From contig JAQTPI010000003.1 of the NCBI GenBank assembly GCA_028748975.1, positions 33,064-97,063 on the forward strand: 64,000 bases of DNA. The letters are read 5' to 3'. The position numbers and the translations under genes were made by a program. Positions 58,186-64,000 of the stretch are shown here, in pieces. The notes below the pieces were generated by a model. That model was not told the origin of the DNA, searched no databases, and worked only from the letters and a program-made list of their open reading frames with translations. Source of the DNA: Patescibacteria group bacterium (GTDB lineage Bacteria; Patescibacteriota; Patescibacteriia; UBA2196). How positions within the stretch are numbered: the first letter of the stretch is position 1; the number at the start of each line of letters is the position of its first letter.

Positions 58186-58704
58186 TTATATTTCGCAAGT
58201 GACGCCGACCCAACCCAAAATCGGCTTAAGAAACCCGAAGTTCTTTACTATTTCACATTTCATGGCTAGGGTAAACAAAACCACAAAAATTACCACGGCA
58301 ATGGCGAGTAGAACACCACCGACTTCAGGGCCAATCAGACCGGCAATCCAAAGAGCTACTTTTTTCCAAGCCGCGCTGGCCACCTTTTTGGCAACTTTTT
58401 TGGTTGCTTCGGCCGCAATTTCTTTTACCGCACCCGTAGCCTGCTCTTTAGCCATTTGCCTCATGTTATCAAGTCTTGTTTTTGTTTCTTGCTGTACATC
58501 TGGCGCCACAGAATCTGATCCTGGCTCTTCATTTTCTGTTTTTCTTCCCAAATTTTCTGGTACTTCTTCTTTTTTTATTTTTTTCAGCTGCCCCATTCTG
58601 TCGGCCACCTCTTGCTGTTCGCCCTCATTCAAATAATTCGGCTCCGTGCTGTACGGCTGCTCGTATAACGGAAATGGCTGATAATTTTCTTCTTGATCAG
58701 GCAT
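58186..58704 (-). CDS. hypothetical membrane protein
   Basis: Acidic N-terminus, C-terminal TM segments; start moved to 58704. Confidence 0.75.
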   Translation of the reverse strand: MPDQEENYQPFPLYEQPYSTEPNYLNEGEQQEVADRMGQLKKIKKEEVPENLGRKTENEEPGSDSVAPDVQQETKTRLDNMRQMAKEQATGAVKEIAAEATKKVAKKVASAAWKKVALWIAGLIGPEVGGVLLAIAVVIFVVLFTLAMKCEIVKNFGFLKPILGWVGVTCEI

Positions 58705-58720
58705 AAAATTAAAATTTATT

Positions 58721-59320
58721 CTACTGCCAGCGCGCCTCATCCACTTGCCACAAACCCGCTTCTTTAACAAAACTAATTAAAATATCTTGATAATAAACCT
58801 TGCTATTAACTTCGCTGCCAACTGATTCCTGGCGTTGGGTGGAAACCAAAACCTCGGCGGAAGTAGCGTCTAAATTTTTAATTTCCGTATTTAAAGCTTT
58901 GGTGGTTAAACCATAATAGACTGTGGCGGGGGCACTACCAGCCACGACTAAGGAATCAACCCAATTTTGCATCCGCTCCGTCATGAGCATTTTTAAATCC
59001 AGCAAATTTTCAAAATTGGACTGGCTGGAATAGGAACCAAATCTTTCGGCAAAAGCGGCGGCGGTTTTAATAAGAAAACCGCGGGTTTTTTCCTCCTCGG
59101 TCGGGGCAATTAGGGGCACTGATTCTGGTTCGGGGGCCGGTTCGGTTACTGCCGGTACTTCGGGGGTATTGGTGGTGACTTGGCCGGTATCCGGCGGCAA
59201 AATTACCGTATTAATATTTTCATCAACTTTTTGCTTCATGATCAAAAAAATCGCGAGAGTAATCACTCCCAGTAAAATAATTATGGCGATAATGGTAAAA
59301 ATGGTTCGGCCGCGAGGCAT
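58721..59320 (-). CDS. bitopic protein, possibly VirB8/TcpC-like
   Basis: N-terminal TM, Pro linker, C-terminal FVK...WQV; context next to virB4. Confidence 0.65.
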   Translation of the reverse strand: MPRGRTIFTIIAIIILLGVITLAIFLIMKQKVDENINTVILPPDTGQVTTNTPEVPAVTEPAPEPESVPLIAPTEEEKTRGFLIKTAAAFAERFGSYSSQSNFENLLDLKMLMTERMQNWVDSLVVAGSAPATVYYGLTTKALNTEIKNLDATSAEVLVSTQRQESVGSEVNSKVYYQDILISFVKEAGLWQVDEARWQ

Positions 59321-59324
59321 AAAT

Positions 59325-59441
59325 AATGTAAAAATTAAAAATCAAAATGTAAAATGACAAATTAAAATGTAAAATTTATTATCTTCGTGCCGCGGAGCGG
59401 CACTCCATAATTTTGATTTTTGATATTTGATTTTTGATTTT
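59325..59441. repeat. family E palindrome (AAAATGT / ATTTTTG)
   Basis: Three copies between consecutive T4SS-like genes. Confidence 0.85.
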
Positions 59442-61330
59442 TATTGTTCCGTCCCCATGCTTTCTTCAAACTCCTTTTTGGCTTGCTCAATTTCCAAAAT
59501 TTGGCGCGGGTCGGAAGTGATAATTTGGTCTTCGGTGTAGGAAGCGACGATTTTGATGGCCGCGTGTTTGGCGCCGGCAAAGAAAATCCCCTCGCCCACG
59601 CCGGACTCAAGCAATAAATATTTTTCACCCTGGGTGAGACGGAAGGTTTTGGCAACGAGGTCAATCGCAGCGGGCGCCTGTTTCATCAATAATTGCAGGG
59701 CGCAGTTATTCAAAATTGACTGGCCATAGGGCGAAGTTAAAAAGTCATTGACGTCCTGAGTGATGGTGGTGATACCGAGGTAATATTTGCGGCAGCGCTT
59801 GACCAGAGCAAAAATAAATTTGGCCGAATCTTCATGCATCATCAGCCACCAGGCCTCATCAATAATCAACATTCTCTTTTTCAATTTAGAGCGGACTTTG
59901 TTCCAAATATAGTTAATGATGGTGTAGATGGCCATGGGGCGCAGCTCATCTTCCAAATCGCGCACGGAAAAAACTACCAATTGATTTTCCACGTCCACAT
60001 TGGTCGGATAATTCAAAAGTCCGGCAAAAGTGCCATTGGTGTATTTATCCAGTTTGCGCGCCAACTCTTCTCCACCGACCATGTTGGCCAAGACTTCCTG
60101 CAAATCGGACATGATGGGAAACTGAATGCCATCCTTGGTTAAATCCGTATCAGGCGTGATGTCGCGTTTAGCATAGGTTTCCAAAAGCGCGCGATCCAAA
60201 ATTGAATCTTCGGCGTGGGTTAGTGTCCCAAGCATGATGCGCAACAAACCTTTGACGGTGATGACCGCGGAGCGAATGATGTCGGCGGAACGGGTTTCTT
60301 CATCGGTGGGTTTGGGCAAATCAAAAGGATTAATTTTGGAATCGGAATTCAGGGAAATATTGACATAGGTGCCACCCACAGCTTCGGACAGATATTGATA
60401 TTCGCGTTCAGGGTCAATGACCATAACATCAGTGCCCATCATCATGCTTCTTAACACCTCCAATTTCACGGCATAACTTTTACCGGCACCGGAAGTGGCG
60501 AAAACAGCGGAGTTAGCGTTTTGCAGGGAAAAGCGGTCAAATAAAATCAAGGAATTATTGTGGCGATTGATGCCATAGAGAATGCCGGAGTCGGAGGAAA
60601 GTTCAGAAGAAACAAAAGGAAAAGAAGAAGCACAGGGCGAGGTCTGCATATTGAAGCCGACGGCCAATTCATCGTTGGCTAAAGGCAGGGTGGAATTAAA
60701 ACCTTGTTCACTTTGCCAATAGGCGCGGCGGGTGTAAACCATTTTGGAGCCAATGATGCTTTCAATTTTTTCGGTTAAGGTGTTTAAATCTTTCAGAGTG
60801 TCGGCATACATGGTGATATACAAACCAAAATGAAAAAAGTGTTCCAGTCCTTGGGTGAGGTCGTCGCGCAATTGTTCAATATCTTGGAGAGCAGTTTGAG
60901 TTTGTGGGTCGCGCGGCGCGCCTTTTTCCGAGTCGCCGGCCAGCTGCGCTTCCAAAACACCAACCTTATTGCGCAATTGTTTCAAAATTATTTTGGCATC
61001 CATGGGATAAAAATACATGGCAATATCCATGGTGGCGGAGAAATCAATAATCGGCTCAAACCAGCCCACATCAACATAGCGGGGATAGGTAGTCACAAAA
61101 ATGGTGCGCGCAATTTTACCGCCGACCATCAAATGGTCAGGTGACACCTGAAAAACAGAGGGGGAAAGCAAATCAATGACCGAAGCGGCGCCGGCGCGAT
61201 AGGCCTGTTCGGCGAGCAAAAGCTCGCGTTCTGTTTCCAGGCGCGTTTCCAGAGCTTTCTGTTTTTCCGCCGCGGTGGCTTCCGGCGGCAGATTTATGTC
61301 TTGAATTGTGGGTAATTTTTTACCGAACAT
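59441..61330 (-). CDS. VirB4-like ATPase
   Basis: ATSGAGKS, IDPEREY, INPFD, IIDEAW, TQD. Confidence 0.92.
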   Translation of the reverse strand: MFGKKLPTIQDINLPPEATAAEKQKALETRLETERELLLAEQAYRAGAASVIDLLSPSVFQVSPDHLMVGGKIARTIFVTTYPRYVDVGWFEPIIDFSATMDIAMYFYPMDAKIILKQLRNKVGVLEAQLAGDSEKGAPRDPQTQTALQDIEQLRDDLTQGLEHFFHFGLYITMYADTLKDLNTLTEKIESIIGSKMVYTRRAYWQSEQGFNSTLPLANDELAVGFNMQTSPCASSFPFVSSELSSDSGILYGINRHNNSLILFDRFSLQNANSAVFATSGAGKSYAVKLEVLRSMMMGTDVMVIDPEREYQYLSEAVGGTYVNISLNSDSKINPFDLPKPTDEETRSADIIRSAVITVKGLLRIMLGTLTHAEDSILDRALLETYAKRDITPDTDLTKDGIQFPIMSDLQEVLANMVGGEELARKLDKYTNGTFAGLLNYPTNVDVENQLVVFSVRDLEDELRPMAIYTIINYIWNKVRSKLKKRMLIIDEAWWLMMHEDSAKFIFALVKRCRKYYLGITTITQDVNDFLTSPYGQSILNNCALQLLMKQAPAAIDLVAKTFRLTQGEKYLLLESGVGEGIFFAGAKHAAIKIVASYTEDQIITSDPRQILEIEQAKKEFEESMGTEQ

Positions 61331-61335
61331 AAAAA

Positions 61336-61447
61336 ATGTAAAGTGTAAAAATCAAAATGTAAAATGACAATGTAAAATGTAAAATTTATTATCTTCATGC
61401 CGCGAGAGCGGCATACTATAATTTTAATTTTTGATTTTTAAATTTTT
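61336..61447. repeat. family E palindrome
   Basis: Apex ATGCCGCGAGAGCGGCAT. Confidence 0.85.
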
Positions 61448-61449
61448 AT

Positions 61450-62127
61450 TTACTGTTCCACCTGCACTTCGCCCAAACTTGCCAGTTTCTGCTGATTATA
61501 GATATCTAAATTATAAGTATTATAAAATAATTCAATCAGGGCTTGGGTGTCCAGTTGCACCGCCGAAATACTCATACTGGAGAGTCCGGAAACCACGCGA
61601 TTGACGCGGGTGTCGATTTGCTTGCGGTAATCGGAAAATATTTTTTCATTCAAGCGAATGGCGGAAACAGGAGAGAGGGCGCCGGTTAAACGGCGGAAAA
61701 AATTTTCTTTATTTCCTCCACCGGGCACATAGGGCACCACCAGATAGAATTTTTTAGACATGATGTCGCCCAGCTCCACCAATTCTTTAATATAATTGAC
61801 GTATTCGGCGGTTTGCAGGCGCAGAAGTTCATTGGTTTGGGTTTTTTGTTTCTCCGCCACATCAGCGATATATTTATCAATATTCAGCTTGCGCGACTGA
61901 ACAACAATCTGCAGAGGAAAATCAATAAAATTTAAAAAGTTAATATAGGCGGAAACAATCGCCTGCTGTTCTTCGGTTGATTTCAAAGAAAAATTAATGG
62001 AAGACGCCAAAAGCACGGCGCGAATGGAGCCATCTTTCAAAATTACTAAGTCCGAGCGAATTTCCGCGATATCCAGATAGCGCTGGACCGAGGGCAGAGT
62101 GGGTTTTTTCTGTATCTCTTTTCCCAT
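61450..62127 (-). CDS. VirB4-associated (TraC N-terminal-like) protein
   Basis: INFSLKS.EEQ..I..FLN...FP.QI; lies between the prgI-like and virB4-like genes. Confidence 0.75.
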   Translation of the reverse strand: MGKEIQKKPTLPSVQRYLDIAEIRSDLVILKDGSIRAVLLASSINFSLKSTEEQQAIVSAYINFLNFIDFPLQIVVQSRKLNIDKYIADVAEKQKTQTNELLRLQTAEYVNYIKELVELGDIMSKKFYLVVPYVPGGGNKENFFRRLTGALSPVSAIRLNEKIFSDYRKQIDTRVNRVVSGLSSMSISAVQLDTQALIELFYNTYNLDIYNQQKLASLGEVQVEQ

Positions 62128-62176
62128 ATTGTTTATTTTAGTTTATCCCGAGTAAGCTGATAAATTTTACTATTAA

Positions 62177-62312
62177 ATTTCTAATTCCTAATTACCAATT
62201 TCTAATGAAATGCCAAATGTTAAATGTCCAAAGTTCGGTTTTTGCCGGAGGCAAAAACCGACAGATTGGAAATTGGAAATTGGAAATTGGAAATTAGAAA
62301 TTGGAAATTAAT
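62177..62312. repeat. family D-like palindrome
   Basis: Near-identical to 55299-55422; TTGGAAA tandem units. Confidence 0.88.
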
Positions 62313-62749
62313 TATTCTCCCTTATACATCCCGCCCGTATCCACCACGAGCGCCAGTTCCGCCAGACGTGAGGAAGAAAGCGGTTCTTTAGTAATTTTCG
62401 GCGCCACTATTTTTTTCTCACCCATTTTTTTTCTTTCCATTTCAAATTTTAATTCTTCCATGGTGACGTTGCGATTCCAGACGCGCAGGCGCGGACGGCG
62501 CAAACTTTGAATGACATTTAAAAGAAAAAGATGAAAGGATTGGCCGTTGATTTTGATAAAAGCGATCACTAAAGCCGGAGCCGCGACAAAAAACAAACTG
62601 CCAAAAAACCAACCCAAAGAAGCCACGCGAAAAATTATCATCTCAATTACGCCCGCCACCACCACAATGATAAATTGCCGCACGGTAATTTTACCCAAAA
62701 TGCGGCTTTCTTCTTCAATGAATTGGGGAACGATGAATCTGCCATCCAT
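62312..62749 (-). CDS. PrgI family (VirB3-like) protein
   Basis: VPQFI..E.RI.G.IT.RQF plus two TM segments; start moved to 62749. Confidence 0.85.
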   Translation of the reverse strand: MDGRFIVPQFIEEESRILGKITVRQFIIVVVAGVIEMIIFRVASLGWFFGSLFFVAAPALVIAFIKINGQSFHLFLLNVIQSLRRPRLRVWNRNVTMEELKFEMERKKMGEKKIVAPKITKEPLSSSRLAELALVVDTGGMYKGE

Positions 62750-62751
62750 AA

Positions 62752-62886
62752 AAATGTAAAGATTAAAAATCAAAATGTAAAATGACAATGTAAAATATAA
62801 AATTTATCTAATCTTTGTGCCCCGACAAGCGGAGCGTGGTCGGGGCACACCATAATTTTGATTTTTGATATTTGATTTTTGATTTT
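62752..62886. repeat. family E palindrome
   Basis: Apex GTGCCCCGAC..GTCGGGGCAC. Confidence 0.85.
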
Positions 62887-64000
62887 TAGTAGTTCAGCTG
62901 CTCATTCAAATCTCCAATCGCTTGAAATTCATCCCAAGTCAACCCGCTAGGTTTGTTTTTTAAAATTCCTTCAATCGGCAAGCTTTTAATTAAACTTTCT
63001 TCACCCACATTAACATAGAGCTGATAAAGCGGTGAGGATTTCCAAGCGGCAATGCCTTTGGCGCGTTCTTCCAAAGAAACATTGGCCAGCGCCATAATTT
63101 TTTCATAGAGCTTATTAACGCTTTCTTTGGGACTGCGACCCAGCGCGCGGAATTCTTTCAAATCCATATTCAGCAATTCTTCCACCGGCCCCATCACCCG
63201 CCGCTCTCTTTGCTCTTTCAATAAATAACTTTGATAATTAAAATCCTCGCGATTATCAGTGACTTGTTGTCTATTATTTATCGTCGGTCGTAAATCTTCG
63301 GTCGTCGGTTTTGTTGATTGTTGGTTGTTAGTTGTTGGTTGTCGATTTCCCGCTTTTATCGCCGCCACAATCTTCTGCAATTGCGGATTATCAATATCCT
63401 CCGGCCCCGCAGCCAGTTCTTCTTTCCATTTCGGTATTTTTTCTGCTAGCGGTTGCCTATTATAAGCCATTTCCTGATTTCCGATTTCTAATTTCTGATT
63501 TCCAGTTCCTGATTTAATATATTCCTCCGGCTTCTCCTGCCATTTTATTTTTTCTTTTTCTATTATTTTAATAATTTTATCCGCGGAGGCCAGGGTGATG
63601 GACAAACCGCCGCTGTCTGTTTTTTTCATCAAAGAATCCTTGGTGTCCACCAAAGAACGAATGTCGCGCAGGCGGGAAGCCACAATTTTTGACAAACGCG
63701 CTAAATCTTCGGGTGAAGCGATGTTAATTTCCGGCACTGTGTCTTTAATTTGCCGCGCGATTTTGGCCGCGCCCAAATTTATTGACTGTTCTTTTTTTTC
63801 CCGTTCGGTTATTAAATTATTGTCCTTAAATTCTTTTGCTTCTTCTTCGTCTTTGACATCAAAATAGAAAGCCGGCGCGGAAACTTTTTTGGGTAGCTCC
63901 GTCCCCCTCTCCTTACCAAGGAGAGGTCCGTCAGCTGGCGGAGGGGTGGGGTTTATTATACTCGTGCCGCCAGCGGGCGGCACACCAAAATCTTGTGTTT
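62886..64000 (-). CDS. hypothetical protein, 5' end probably outside the window
   Basis: Long open frame reaching the window edge. Confidence 0.75.
   Translation of the reverse strand, partial: TQDFGVPPAGGTSIINPTPPPADGPLLGKERGTELPKKVSAPAFYFDVKDEEEAKEFKDNNLITEREKKEQSINLGAAKIARQIKDTVPEINIASPEDLARLSKIVASRLRDIRSLVDTKDSLMKKTDSGGLSITLASADKIIKIIEKEKIKWQEKPEEYIKSGTGNQKLEIGNQEMAYNRQPLAEKIPKWKEELAAGPEDIDNPQLQKIVAAIKAGNRQPTTNNQQSTKPTTEDLRPTINNRQQVTDNREDFNYQSYLLKEQRERRVMGPVEELLNMDLKEFRALGRSPKESVNKLYEKIMALANVSLEERAKGIAAWKSSPLYQLYVNVGEESLIKSLPIEGILKNKPSGLTWDEFQAIGDLNEQLNY

Noticed and set aside
54585-64000. Integrative conjugative element or prophage
   Set aside because: No integrase, relaxase or phage structural genes in the window; the intergenic style matches the core chromosome.

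Overview
Chromosomal segment of an AT-rich bacterium that uses the standard code and is most likely a Patescibacteria/CPR member (inferred from the missing uL30, extended ribosomal proteins, split ComEC, Cys-rich pilin and PrgI/VirB4 cluster). It holds the str-S10-spc ribosomal cluster (rpsL to secY, minus strand), rpmB, ndk, comEC/comF, dnaG-rpoD, a Clp ATPase, a T4SS-like cluster and four tRNAs. Three non-coding layers stand out. (1) About a dozen self-contained gene cassettes share one layout: TTGACA promoter, 5' hairpin, strong SD, orphan ORF, terminator and often a TTTTATTTGTCAA end. Two cassettes with unrelated cargo have identical 37-bp left and 24-bp right ends. (2) An ORF-free, multi-domain structured RNA candidate of about 660 nt has its own promoter and terminator, and a second candidate of about 240 nt is rod-like. 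(3) At least eight families of palindromic elements fill 19 of 20 junctions between secY and rpsJ, and related repeats also occur in frame inside proteins. Other oddities are an EF-G with altered G4/G5 motifs, a receiver gene frameshifted at a poly-G tract, and two attenuator-like leaders. All structure and coordinate calls were made by eye. No searches or folding programs were run.
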